Shown: positions 39,945-53,054 of the stretch, piece after piece
Numbering within the stretch: the stretch's first letter is position 1
Layout: each line of letters begins with the position of its first letter
Origin: Camelus dromedarius
Lineage: Eukaryota
Reading direction: 5' to 3'
NCBI RefSeq assembly: GCF_036321535.1
Contig: NC_087437.1
Coordinates: 64,482,001 to 64,546,000 of the forward strand
DNA: 64,000 bases
Notes under the pieces: generated by a model
What the model saw: the letters and a program-made list of their open reading frames with translations, nothing else
Told to the model about the DNA's origin: nothing
Databases searched by the model: none
Made by a program: the position numbers and the translations under genes

Positions 39945-41942
39945 TCATCACCCAGTCCAAATCACCCTGGACCCCAACAGGGGTAAGTGGGGAGGATGCA
40001 GAAGGGCGGGGTAACTGCTCTCAGCCACACAGTAGTGACTTTCCCTTCAGAGCATTGTCACCCTTTCATTTCAAACCATAACTAAAATCAGCACTCTCCT
40101 CTCCCCAGTTTGAGGGTCCAGAACAGGGCAAACAGTTTATCTTTTTCCTCACACCATCATTTTATAAAAATCAGAGTGAAGCTGAAACTATAGTAAAAGT
40201 TTTAGCTAGCCATTTCTGGATTTCTTTTGAGGATTTATTTAATCCTCAGCAATGTGCCTGGCCACACATATGGTCTGCTCATCATTCCCGGGTCGACTGG
40301 GGAGGAACTATCAGAGGATCAGGATGGCAGGTCTTGAAAGCCAAGGGAAAAAATTTCTAGGAGCAAATTGTTAACCATCATTAGCCCCTGAAGTACTTTG
40401 TCTTCTCTCCTAAATTTTGACCCTTTTCACTTGTTGAACCCATACCCTCCCCCACCTACAGTGTGCTAATTCTCTCACATTTCTGTTTCACAGGGGCGTC
40501 TGCCTCCTGAAGCTCATTTCCTTCCAAGGAAGCAAGTGCCCTATCAAGGGTGAGGGGGGGAGGGGGGGAGGAAGGGGAGCGGACGCCAACAGAGAGGTGG
40601 CTGTTTTTTTACGTGGCTGTTCCTTGTTTCTCCTGCCACCTCATAGTCTCAGCTGATTTTAATAGAACACTCACATTTACATTTGGGGGCTGAACTTCCC
40701 TTTCTCTGTTTCCTCAAAATTTCCCCTTTCAGCTTCTCTACGAACTTCTATAAACCTAGCATCAGGCTCCTTTCAACTTTTCTACGAACCAGCTCCAGGC
40801 CCCCTGTTTCTCATGCTCACCTCTTCGCTTCACTTGGCTCCTGAAATTCCTAGTCTGGACCCCGAAAAGAGGACATGATGTCAGAAGTGGGGTAAGCCAC
40901 TTTTCTGTTACCTCTCTAAATTCATACAATGTAATTCTAAATAATGGTGGTTAATATCTGGCTCACAAAACTTCTGAAAATTGAACAGTCAGCTCTGGTG
41001 ATCCAGTATGAGCCAGCTTCCACACAAAACTATACCCTTATCCCAACAGAGGTGGTACTGTCAGATAGAGCAGTCGGTACGCTCTCCCCCCAACCCCACA
41101 CACAGCTTAGTACAAGTGCTGTACTAATATTCTCCTAGTCAAATAGGCTTTGAAGCTGACGGCTTCCTTTCATTTCTGCGCCCAGTTAGTCACCAAGACA
41201 TTCATTAATCTCTTCTTTACCTTTGAGAAATCTACCTTGGAAAAAATAAAAGCAGTAACGAAAATCATAAAACAAGGACACATGTAGCTTAAAGGTTAAA
41301 ATGTAATAATTAATACAACAAGCCTATGAGAAAATTAATATTTCCTCCATTTTACTAAGAGGAAACTGAGGCACAAAAAGGTTAACTCTCTTGCCCCAGT
41401 GTCACACAGCTGGTTAAAGGTAATGCTGGGATACAAACCCAGGCAATCTTCCCCTAGAGCTCAGCGCTATCCTTCTCAGTGCTGTTCTGCTCAGATCCCT
41501 TCTGCAGGGTAATAAACCCCCTCCCCAGCTGCTGCTCGCAGGGCTGCTGACAGCTCACAGCATGGTCCCTCACCGGCCTTGCTTTTGCCTCATCTCTCCC
41601 ATCCTTTGTTTGAGAGGGGAGGTAGAAAGGGGGTGATGAGAAGGGGTGAGGTGAAGGCTTTTTTCCAGGCTTCTTAGAAAATGGATTGGAGATCTTAGTT
41701 ACTGGCTCTTGGTCCCAGATTGTATCAGTTCTATGGAAATGGCTAATAGTGGATATTAGTCCTTGAAATCTATCCTCTGTCTTCTGTATTAACCACCAAT
41801 CTTTTATTCACTTAACTTTATGAGTAAACATGACTACTTTTGGCTTTAATTTAAGAAAAGGTATCATTGAGTACTACATTTCCCAGGTGTAGACCATCAG
41901 ACAGAAAAACATGATTTAATTACATGTAGGATAATAATACTG

Positions 41943-42482
41943 TGTTGGGGGTCCCAAGATCACCCCTCGGGTTCAGTAATAATCTAAGAGGACTCACAAA
42001 ATTCAGAGCACAGAAATACTCACAGCTGCAATTTGTTACAGTGAAAGGATACAAAGCAAAGTTAGCAGTGGGAAGGTGCATGGGGGGAGTCTGGAGGAAA
42101 GATGGCCCAAGGGTCTTTTCCCAGTGAGGTCACAAAAGATGCACTGAATTCCTCAAGCACTGAATTATGACCACGCATGTGAAATGTTGTCTGCTAGGAA
42201 GGCCCATTACAGACTCAGTGCCCAAGGTTTTTATTTAGGGCTGGTCACACAGGCGCTCTCTACTTAGCATGAACCAAAATTCCAGACTCCCTGAAGGAAA
42301 GCGGGCATTCAACACAAACCACGTTGGTCGTACAAAGTGAGCCATATTTCTTATCAATTAGGGAACTGGGGGGCCTCTCCCCAAATTTAAGATCAGATGC
42401 CAACCAGAGGCCAACTTTGCAAGCAGGCCTTTCCAAGGATGTGTCTCAGGCCTGCTGCGTTAATTAACTTTCTTTTCTGCAC
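41943..42482 (-). mobile_element. ERVL LTR (MER21/MER77-like)
   Basis: tgttgggggtcccaagatcacccctcgggttcagtaat...ggactcaca, a recalled MER21/77 terminus. Confidence 0.65.
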
Positions 42483-43027
42483 AAGCATGGTCCTGTCAAA
42501 TCAATTGGATTAAATAATATTCTTCAAAGTAGTAACTTGAAAGATAATGTGGTCATTTCGAATTACAAGTGTTTTATAACTAAATAAGTCATAGGGTACA
42601 GGAAAGTGACTTTTAACAATACAACATCCAAATCTGTTTTATCAAATCCTGTGTCCTTACTAATAAATTTTTTTCTCAAGTTCAATGAGCAGTGGTCAAA
42701 TCCAAAGTAAGCTGAAAAGAGTCATAAAAATGCAGTTCATAGCCAGAAACTAAAATACATTCATAGACTTGAGATGACACAACTTTGCCTAGAATTTGAC
42801 CACATAGGCAGAAATTTCAGAAATTCAGAGGTTGATAAAATCATCCCCAAACTCCAGGGAGACTATGTCATGTTCTCAAGTCTCCTTTGCTTTTAGCTCA
42901 GTCAATTCCCCTTGAAACTCATCGCTCCTGGTTGGAATCCTGATGTCTGCAGGCAAAAGCCATACTTAGAAACTGAATGGATGATCCATTCTCAGCCACA
43001 GTGTTTGTCTCTTTTGAGGTGGTCACA

Positions 43028-43450
43028 GTGACGCACCACGCAGGGTCTGCTTTAAGGAGAGACCTGTTGACTCAGCTGCTGGACATGCTATCAGCCAACA
43101 GCCTTCAGCTCTCGGCTCATTAGGAATTACATCAGTGGCAGAGCTGCCTTGCCCAAGGCCATGCCCTTCCTGGGGTAGCCTTCATCCAATGACTGATTTG
43201 GTTGAGAATATAAAGGCCCAGCCTTCCCAGCCAAACATGGGACAGCTCTGACAGGCCATTTTAGTGGTCAAGCACCCTCTGGGGTCAACTGAAGCTATCT
43301 TCTGGCCCACACTGCAGCTTGACCTCTTTGTCCAATCCAGCTTCTTCTGTCTCCCTTCTACAGGTGCTGACCCCAAGGGCATTCCCTAGTAAACATCCTG
43401 CATACTACACTTCATGTGAGTGTCAGATCCCTGGAGAAGCCAGCCTGTAA
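43028..43450 (+). mobile_element. ERVL LTR16-like element
   Basis: cagctgctgg...ccaatgactgat...tataaaggcccagcc...cccaagggcattccctagtaaacatcctgca. Confidence 0.6.
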
Positions 43451-43944
43451 CATAATTGGGTATGATGTTTTAAAGCATCTTTTCATTCCATTGAATGAGG
43501 GCAGATCAGCAATTGGGAACGAGGGCCATCGGCCCGATCCATGCATCTTTCACAGCCCAACCAGAGCACCTTGTAAAAAAATCAGCAGTGTCCTTCCTCC
43601 TTGCAGTTTCAAATTCAAGTTATTTGGATGACATATTACCATCAGTCAGAAAGCACAATCTTGTGAGTTATTCTACATACAAGAAGGTAGATATTTTAAA
43701 GCCCTTACATTCTAGAAGTCTTTACTCTGTTTGGTAAATTTTTTTGTTTCCATAAGTCAATCATATCCCTGAATTAAAAATAAATGAAATCTCTATCCTA
43801 CATATCAACTTCTTCCTTAATTCCCATAATTTGTCAGTGAAATCAAGGCAAGAACATAAAGAAGTTTCATTATAAATAACTCTCTTTTTATATCCAGCAA
43901 TGAATCTAGCTTTTAAAAATTCTTGACACAGCAGGAGCTGAATA

Positions 43945-44540
43945 CATTATTCTAGTTGTCTTTTGCTGTTTAACAACCATCCCCAAAATATTGTGATATA
44001 AAACAACAACACTCACTTATTACTATTATCTTTCAAGATTCTGGGGGTTGGCTGGGCTCATGTGGGCAATCTCCCTCAAGGTCTCTCGTGTGCTTGTAGT
44101 CCGACTGTAGGGGAGGCTGGAGTCATCTCAAAGGCTATTTTACTCAAACACGTCCGGTGCCTAAACTGAAACAACTCAAACAGCTGAGGGCTGGAAAAGT
44201 TGGGGCTCCTCTGGCATCTCCATCAATATGTAGGCTCACCATGTAGTCTTTCCAGCATGACAGCTTCAGGGTAGCTGGACTTCTAAGGTGGCAGCCTGGC
44301 TCCTAAGGCATGTCGAGAGGGACAGGGGAGAAGAGAAAGAGAGAGAAGAGCGAGACTAATACTGTATTGTGTTTTTATGACCTGCCCTCAAAAGTTATGC
44401 AGCACCACTTCTCCAGCATTCTCTTCGTTAGAAGCGAATCACTAAGACCAGTGCACATTCAAGGAGAGGAGAAATAGACTCCACTTCCTCCCAGGAGGAG
44501 TGTTGATAAGAATTTGATGACATATTTAAAGCCACCACAT
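43945..44540 (-). mobile_element. MaLR LTR (MLT1F/G-like)
   Basis: ttttgctgtttaacaaccatccccaaa...ggctggagtcatctcaaaggct...tttaaagccaccaca. Confidence 0.65.
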
Positions 44541-44849
44541 ACGCCTAATCTTTTCCTTTTGAGCTCCCTTTGTTTATTTCTGTCCCAGCTGATGTTGCAG
44601 CCGGGCCAAGTGATCCTGTTTTCATTTGTAGTCCCCCAAAGAATGGCTGATTACAAAAGCCAACATTTATTTAGGACTTACTCTGTGCTGGTACTCTAGT
44701 TCCCAAATTATATCCTGTTTTGGATTATTCTTTACTTACTGTCCAAATAAAATATTTCAAGTCCCCATCCATTGTACTGTGGGAAGTTCCCTCACCAATA
44801 TAGCTCTTTTCAGGGGGACTGCACTTTTCCAGATTGAAATCTGCTTCTT

Positions 44850-45678
44850 TTTTTAAAAAAAAAATTTTATTGAAATATAGTCAGTTTACAATGTTGTGTC
44901 AATTTCTGGTGTATAGCACAACACTTCAGTCATATAGGAACATACATATATTTGTTTTTGTATTCTTTTTCACCATAGGGTACTACAAGATATTGAATAT
45001 GCTATACAGTATAAACTTGTTGTTTATGTATTTTATGTGTATTAGTTAGTATGTGCAAATCTAAAACTCCCAATTTATCCCTTCCCATCCCCTTCCCCCT
45101 CAATAACCATAAGTTTGTTTTCTACGTCTCTGAGTGTTTTGTAAATTTACAAGTTTGTTTGTCTTTTTTTTTTTTAAAGATTCCACATATAAGTGCTATC
45201 ATATGGTATTTTTCTTTCTCTTTCTGGCTTACTTCACTTAGAATGACATTTTCCAGGTCCATCCTTGTTGCTGCAAATGGCATTATTTTATTATTTTTAA
45301 TGGCTGTGTTGTATTCCATTGTATAAATATACCACAGCTTCTTTATCCAGTCATCTGTCAATGGACATTTAGGTTGTTTCCATGTCTTGGCTACTGTAAA
45401 TAGTGCTGCTACGAACATTGGGGTGCATGTGAATTAAGGTTCCCCCTGGGTATAATCCAGGAGTGGGATTGCTGGCTCATATGGTAAGTCCATTTTTAGT
45501 TTTTGAGGAATCTCCATACTGTTTTCCATAACGACTGTTCCAAACTGCATTCCACCAACAGTGTAGGAGGGTTCCCTTTTCTCCATACCGTCTCCAGCAT
45601 TTATCATTCATGGACTTTTGAATGATGGCCATTCTGACTGGTGTGAGATGATATACCTCATTGTAGTTTTGATTTGCA
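44850..45678 (-). mobile_element. Young 5'-truncated L1 with perfect TSD
   Basis: ORF2 C-terminal peptide MFVAALFTVAKTWKQPKCP...MDLENVILSEVSQKEKEKYHM. Identical 15-bp TSD tgaaatctgcttctt at 44835-44849 and 45679-45693. Confidence 0.92.
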
Positions 45679-46379
45679 TGAAATCTGCTTCTTAGCTCCT
45701 GTTTCCACGCTGCTCCTGTGTTAAAGACACTATCTTCTTTCTTTCCCTCAAATCATCACTGGCACATTCACTGAAGATTTGGACTAGTTATATCTCAGTG
45801 CAGGAATCAACTCCTAGGTCAATGTCATTCCTAAGTATTTCCAGGAATTTATCAGCCATTTCCTATCTAAACCATCTCCTCACTCAGTGTTAATATGGAG
45901 AGGTCTTCCCACAAGTGCTAGATCAGCAGTTAAAAGTTGGTAGCCACCCAACTGAAGCCTGCCTACGACCTGCTTTTGAAAATTGAATTAGATGCTAACA
46001 TTGGAACAGTGTGAGTTTCCATATAAACCTCAGATTTCCAGCTTCTCTTGGGAAAAAGTTGGACCAGTTCCCAACACTTGATTTATTCCCTCACATGTCA
46101 GCAATCAAGTGGAGCCAGGATCAGCCAACTCCTGGCTTCTGTTCACTGAAAGTTCCATTTGGCTCACTTCATTCATTGACATTAACCTCTAGCCCCCACT
46201 AGACAATTGGGTTTGCAACCCCTTGCCCTAAAATCCACTTCCTCCTCCACCCCATCCCGACGTCCTCAGGCCTTGACCACTTTTCTTTGAGTCACCCACA
46301 CAAACCTCAAATTCCTCTCACTTTATTATACTGAATGATTCAGCTTTTCTAATATCTTGCACCCACACCTTGTCACCTA

Positions 46380-47435
46380 GACCAGAGGGGCAGCAAAGAT
46401 TTTCTATTAAGAGCAAGATAGCAAATATTTTAGGCTTTGCAGGCCATATGGTCTCTTCAGCAGCTCCTCAATTCTGCCGTCATGGACCAGAAGCAACTGT
46501 TGGGGGAAATATCATTAAAAAACATATCTTCTGCCAACCCAGAAAACTGTTCCACAAAGTAGAAGAGAAAGAAAGAGAGTAGAAAGAAAGAAAAAGTTAA
46601 TGATTAAGTATTAAACCAGAATGTGGTGCTCATCACAGGCAATCCACTAAAGGGGTGCTAAAACGGAGAGAAATCTCACCTATATGTATAGCCAGGCAGA
46701 TACAGGCCATGACACATGCTCTCAAGAAGAATGATAACTAGTCCTCAAGTAAGAGGACTTGACAGCACCTTTTGTTACATATAGTTCATCCCAAACTCAC
46801 CTGGTAATTGGGGTGTCCATCTGTGTTAGCTAACTGCCTTTATCCAGAAGAATAATACAAGTTCTCCTATCTCTATGACAGGTAGGTAGTTACAACTTGG
46901 AGACCGAAGCCTGGTGAAGTTAGGCTCCCACCCTCCCAGGGAAACTGGGAGATGGGGTTCCACCTTTCTTAATGATTGCATTTCAAAGAGATGGTTCCCA
47001 GATTGTTGAGAAAACAGTCCTGGGCTGTAAAACTGGCCAGAGGCTTTTTTTTTTTTTTTTAAGCTTTCAAAAAGATTAATGTATATTTTAAAGGGGCAGG
47101 GAAAGAATTAACGATTGCAAATTTTCCAAAGCTGAATCAGAAAGTGGAGTGGAGATTTCTTACTTTTATAACACCTGAGCAAATTAATTAAAATTTTTTT
47201 ATTCATTTTGCCCTTATGCAGCCATAGAATGTACATGCATAAAGGAGTGTGGCTATGTTTCAATAAAACTATTATGGACACACAAACTTGAATTTCGTTT
47301 AATTTTCACATGTCATGAAACACTATTTCTCTTTTGGTTTTTTACTCTGCAACTATTAAAAATATAAAAACCATTCTTGGCTTGCAGGCCGTGAGGTGGA
47401 CTGGGTCTGCAGACCGTGGTTTACCAAGCCCTGAC
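46380..47435. mobile_element. MER58-like hAT element split by an ERV LTR (about 46498-47200)
   Basis: MER58-type text (gcaaatattttaggctttgcaggccatatggtctc) stops near 46497 and resumes near 47220 (gtggctatgtttcaataaaact...). The intervening segment starts tgttggggg and looks like an LTR. Confidence 0.6.
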
Positions 47436-47587
47436 CTAGACTATGACAGTGATGGGGATTCCACATAAAGTGCTTTCCTAAAAACAATGAATCATGGATT
47501 TTGCCACTGCCTTGGAAGCCAGTAGTCAGCTGTAGTCAGTTTTTTTGTTTTAATTAGTATTTCTACTGGATGGTACACCTTTAGTCT

Positions 47588-48025
47588 TTGTATTAATTTC
47601 CTAGGGCTGTTGTAACAAAGTACCACAAACTGGGTAGCTTGAAACAAAAGAAATTTATTCTTTCACAGTTCTAGAGCCAGAAGTCTGAAATCAAGTTGTT
47701 GGCAGGGTTGGTTCTTAGTGGAGGCTCTGAGGGTGGAAGTGTCTCATGCCTCTCTCCAAGCTTCTGGTGGTTGCCCCCAATCCTTGGCTTGCAGCTGCAT
47801 CATTCCAGTCTCTGCCTCCGTTGTCACACAGTGTCTTCCTGATATTTGCCTGTGTCCAAACATCCATCTTCTTAAAAGGACACCAGATTAGGGTTTACCC
47901 TAATACAGTATGAGTTAATTTTAGCTTGATTACATCGGCCAAGACCCTGTTTCCAAATGTTACAGTTATGAGTTTGGGGTCAAGACTTCAGCATATCTTT
48001 TGGGGGACACAGTTCTACCCAGTGC
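47588..48025 (-). mobile_element. MaLR LTR (MLT1A-C-like)
   Basis: tgtattaatttcctagggctgttgtaacaaagtaccacaaactgggtagcttgaaacaa...gggggacacagttc. Confidence 0.8.
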
Positions 48026-48124
48026 AATCCCACTTCTCAAATTTCTTTTCTGGCATGTGGCTAGTACCTAACAGTTCCTTTCTGCTCAATTCCTAGGAAA
48101 CATTCTTTTTGTTAACTGTCTCAG

Positions 48125-48734
48125 TTGGAACTAAAGGGTGGCAGAATATGCCACCCCAAAGTATGACTGTAGGAGTTCAGGGCATGCCACCCTCAAAATA
48201 TGCTGCTTTGGTATCTGGATAATTTTGAGCTGTTAGGACATATAAAACAGCAAATGCAGGGAGACGCTTTCTCTGAACTCCCCTGATCTGCCTAAAGACA
48301 GACACTCCAAAGGGAACTCAGTTGTCATAAATCCCCTCTCCAGAGTTTCATCAGCCCAGGAAGATCAACTCTTGTTGCAGGAGAGGAGACTGACTAGAGG
48401 TCGACACCACACCCAGACACACTTTGTCACAAACTATCACACCTCTCATCTACCCTTTTAAGGGCCCTTCATCTGTCCTAAAAATCATTTACTCTCCCCT
48501 CAGAGACCTACATCCCTTTCCACTTTCCCTGTTAAGATGGTATCTAAGTCTGGATTCTAAGCCACCTCGGGTTATTCACCCTAATTATGCAATCTCGCTG
48601 GGTATCTCCCACATGCACATGAGGTATACATGTAATAAACTTCTGTTTGTCTGTCTTTTGTTAATCTGCTTTTATTACAGGGGTCTCAGCCAAATACTCA
48701 GAAAGGTAGAAGGAAGCTATTTTTCCTCCTTACA
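48125..48734 (+). mobile_element. ERV1 LTR (MER34-like)
   Basis: gcagaatatgccaccccaaa...; aataaacttctgtttg poly(A) signal; ends ttttcctccttaca. Confidence 0.65.
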
Positions 48735-50467
48735 GAACAGTCCCCTAGACTAGGGCAAGCCACTGGATCATCCTTTATGTCTGACCTCTTCTCTATGTAA
48801 ATATAGCTGCAGTGAAGTTCACAGAACCAAAGTGAAACATCATCATCTTTCCATCTGTCCAGTCAGGGGGGCAGCAATGAACTGTATTTCTTTAATAAGC
48901 CAGTTCAGTGTCCTGCAAAGAAAATCCTGTTCTCATTAGAGGAATAGTAAATTCTTTCAAAATTGAATTTTAACACCTTTACAGAATAATTCACAAGTCT
49001 GTTGATCTTAACCCATCTAGAAATGTTCCCTCTATCTGTGCTTGTGGCTCCTTTATGTCTGCATACTCAGGGTTCTTTTAAAGTTCTGATGTAAACGCAG
49101 TCTGGTATTCTTCCTTTTATGATTTAGCCAAATGTCTTCTATTCCCCTGTATCATTTTTATATCTTTTATATATCACTATACTAATTTTTGTTTTGATTT
49201 TCTAGTTGTTTTAAGTGGGAGTGCTGGTCTGTCACTGGCTAATCCATCTCACTGGGAAACAGGTTCATTTCACCCTAAACATTTTCATTTTACCTTCTTA
49301 TATTTTAAAACCAAAACATTTTTTAAACTGAGATGTAGTTGACCAATAATATACTGATTTTACCAAATGTTTTCTATTTCCTGTATCATCTTTATATTTT
49401 GAGTATATCATTTTGATATACCAAAGTTAGCTTCTGTATTTTGGCATTGTTGGCATCTTAGCTATCTTCCAGTGTTTTACTATCATAAAATAAACATTGC
49501 ATATGTACACTTTTTGTTTTTTATTAAACATTCTTTCCTCAGGATAAATTCTATTACTTGGTCAGGGGTTAGGCAAATTTATGATTCTTTCAATAAAGCA
49601 TCATTTTGCCCTTGGGAAAAACTGGCTTCATTTACATTACTATCATTAATGCATGAGCCGCTCTGCTTTCCTGAAGCCTTGCAGGCTTTGGGTTTTTATC
49701 ACTTTTCAAAAGTTTTTCTAATTCTATTTTTAGGTTCAAAATGAAACTTAACAGTAGGTTCCATTTTTACCAACAAGGTGGACTGAATATTTTAAAAACC
49801 ATGATTTAAAATCATGTTTCTTCTTATATGAACTGTCTTTTAATCATTTGTTTAATGGACAGTTGATATTTTTGCCCATTGATATGAGCTTTTATACTTT
49901 ACAGTTTTTGAACTTTCGTGTTTATGGGCCAACATTTTCTCTATTCTTCTGAATTTTTAAATCTCAGCTTTATTGATGTTCATTCCATCAAAGTTAAAAC
50001 TATCTAAGTAACAAACCTGTCCATCTTTTTTTCATTTCTATTCCATCAGCAGTCAAAAAGTGATTTCTCCCAGGGCTAGACTGTTCACATACATGGGAGT
50101 ATATCTGTTTATATTTTTAAGTATTGAGCTTTCAATCCACCTGGAATTTTTTGGCAAGTATGGTGGAAGGTATGGGCTTTTTAATATTCTTGTTGTTGAT
50201 ATTCTTATATACATACCAAGGGTCTCAAAGGGTTCAATGTCTGCCAGGACAAATTCTGCTCATGACCCCTTTTGACTCTGGAGTACTCTGATGTTCTTGC
50301 CCATTTATTTTCCCACATAAAATTAAAACTACATGAATTCTATGAAGTGTTTTATTTCTAACCAGTGGCTGGTCACCTAGGATGGGTGAGCTATCTATAG
50401 TTATTATTACTGATCCATTTGCTTGTTGGTTGCTAAAAATGTTTTTGCTGTCACCTTCTATTCTCCC

Positions 50468-50534
50468 TTTTCTTTTTCTTTCTTTCTTTCTTTCTTTCTT
50501 TCTTTTTTTTTTTTTTTGTTGTTGTTGTTGTTGT
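50468..50534 (+). repeat. (TTTC)n-(T)n-(TTG)n compound microsatellite
   Basis: Seen directly in the sequence. Confidence 0.9.
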
Positions 50535-50629
50535 GTTAAATATTCTCCCTGTTCTTAAGGGTTTATGTGTCCATTTAAACACCTTTATTGTGGTTTTCCT
50601 AGGGTTTAGGGAGGAACCAAAATTAGATG

Positions 50630-52433
50630 TGTTAGGGATGTTCTTGCCTCACACAGGAAAGAATTCAAGAGCAAGGCATGGTAAAGTGAACACAAGTTTA
50701 TTTAGAGAGACACACTCCATAGACAGAGTGCAATCTGTCTCCTTCAGAAGGGAAAATGGCTTAGGAGATACACACTACATAGACAGAGTGTGGCCCATCT
50801 CAGAAGGCAAGAGAGAGAGGAGAGTGAGAGTGACCAGGAGGTGCAGAGTTTTAGGTTCTATGGGCTTGGCAATTTCATATGCTAATGGGTAGGAGGATTA
50901 TTTCAATGACTTTGGGGAAGGGGCAAGGATTTCCAGGAAACGTCCCCCTGCCCACTTTCTGACCCTTTATGGTCAGCCTGGGAACTGCCATGGCACCTGT
51001 TGGTGTATCATGAGGCTCAAGGTCTACTGGAAGTCGAATATTCTGCCATCTTGGTTCTAACCAGTTATGTCCTGTCCTCAATTGTTGTGTCACTCCTTCA
51101 ATGGTTGTGCCTTGCCCCCTTTCCATCCACTTCAGGTGCATATATGTAGTCACCTTAACCCTGAATCACAAGTTTTAAAATGCTAACGTAGTCAAATACA
51201 TTTACCTTGCCTCTTTATGGAGGTATCATCGTGTAGGCATGAATGATTGTTAACTCAGTTTCCAGCCCCTCACTCCTACCTGGAGAATCGGGGATGGAAA
51301 GTTCCAAGCTTCTAATCATGGCTTGGTCTTTCTTGCAGCCAGTCTCCATCCAGGAGCCCACCCAGAGTTGCCTCATTAGAACAAAAGACATTGCCACACC
51401 CGGGAAGTTCAAGGTATGTAGGAACTCCTTGTCAGAAACTGGGCTCAAAGACAAAATTTTAAAACAAAACATGCTGCTAGCAAGAACAAACGTTCTGCCA
51501 ATAAAGAAAAAAATAATAATGAAAACGCTTCTCTGTGGGCCTTTGTAGTTTATAGTGCAGGTTGGTATTTCTTTCATATTAACTCCAACAAAATGCCAAC
51601 TAAAGTGCCTGAGATAAGGAAGATACCAACACAAAATCAGCAACTTAAAATGAACAAGTATGGGGTCAACAAAACTTTAAAAATTCAATATAAACGGGGG
51701 AAAAAAAGACATTCCCCACCCCCCGGCCCCCCAAAAAGGGAATATTAGAACCTAGAACACATTAAGGGCTACAGATATAATTCAGGGAAGAACAGAAATT
51801 TAGGATTCATAACATAAAAGAGCAGAATTTTTACATGTTTCAACATAATGGTAAACATGTCAAACAACAATCATCCAGGCTGCAAAGAACAAAGAACTTT
51901 ATTTGGGGGTCCTAGGACATGTAACTGGGGAGACATAGATTCAGGTAAAACTGAGGGTATTCTGGGGAAGAGAGTCAGATGCTTATAAGGGCAAACACCA
52001 CAAGATTGTTCTAAGTTGTCTTGCCAGAATTGTGATTGGCTCTGATGTGCAAAGTAATATTTGTCCTTAAGGAAAAGGCTATCATGAGTTATTTAGTGTA
52101 AGGGTCTGATAAGTATCTTGAGTTTCTAGAATAGTGTGCAGCTGTTCTGAATGCCTGTGTTTAAGACAATAAATGGTCAAAAGTTCAGATTCTATTCAGG
52201 CTGAGATATGCATAAGTCCCACTTCCTCAATGGCTTCCCAGCTCCATTTTAGAGCGCTCTCTTAGCAATACTGGTGAAATGGAGCAGGATCCTGTGGGGC
52301 CCTCCCGGTACAAATGTGTCCCTTTCTGTGTCCCTCGTTTCTTGTTTGTAGGAAATAGGCTTAATTCAGCCTCCTTGACCTTCCCTGAGTTCCAAAGGGC
52401 AGATTCAAACAGTTTCCAAAGGGCAGATTCAAA
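50630..52433. mobile_element. Cluster of LTR fragments (about 50630-51120; MER21-like about 51215-51460; about 51850-52270; truncated LTR about 52275-52433)
   Basis: LTR-type termini and antisense poly(A) signals (tttatt). Family assignments and boundaries are approximate. Confidence 0.55.
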
Positions 52434-53054
52434 GAGAACTTAGAATTAATATAAAAATGTTTACCTCATATATTCCCTGGAATTCCGGGAGATTCAGTGA
52501 CATTCAAATTCCTACTCAAAAATTTGAAATCATTCAATAATTATTTCCTTAACTTCTTCTGATCTCCAAACCCATTTCATGGGCTTCTTCCCAATAACAG
52601 TTCTTTCTGCATTGCTCCGATTATGGTCACAAATCACCTCATAGTTGCCTAATCTAATGACTATTTCTTTCTAGACCCTCAGTAGCATTTCAAATCATGA
52701 ACTATAGCCTCCTCAAAATTTTGTTCTTCTATAACACTTTTTCAAAATATCATTCTCCACTGATTCTCCTTCCTTCTAGAAAATGAATTTAACATACATT
52801 CAATAATCATTTAATGACCATCTTCTATGTATCAAGCACTGTGTTTGGTCTCTGCCCTCAAGAAAATTTCAGTTTAGTTGGGAAGAAAGACAAGAAATCA
52901 CTTCCCCTCAGAGTGATAAGGGATGAGTTAGAAGAATACATATGGAATGTGAAAGCATATGAAAGGTATGTCTTTCTAGACAAATAACCTCTCTAGGGAG
53001 GGAGGAGGAAGTCTGAGAGAAAGATATTCTAGAAAAAAGGAAGAAGAGAGGTTC

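Noticed and set aside
43590..43670. Plus-strand exon-like segment (ccttgcag ... gtgagt)
   Set aside because: Isolated splice-like motifs with no partner exons or homology.
45051..45418. ORFs of 91-98 aa
   Set aside because: L1 ORF2 C-terminus and its antisense, not a host gene.
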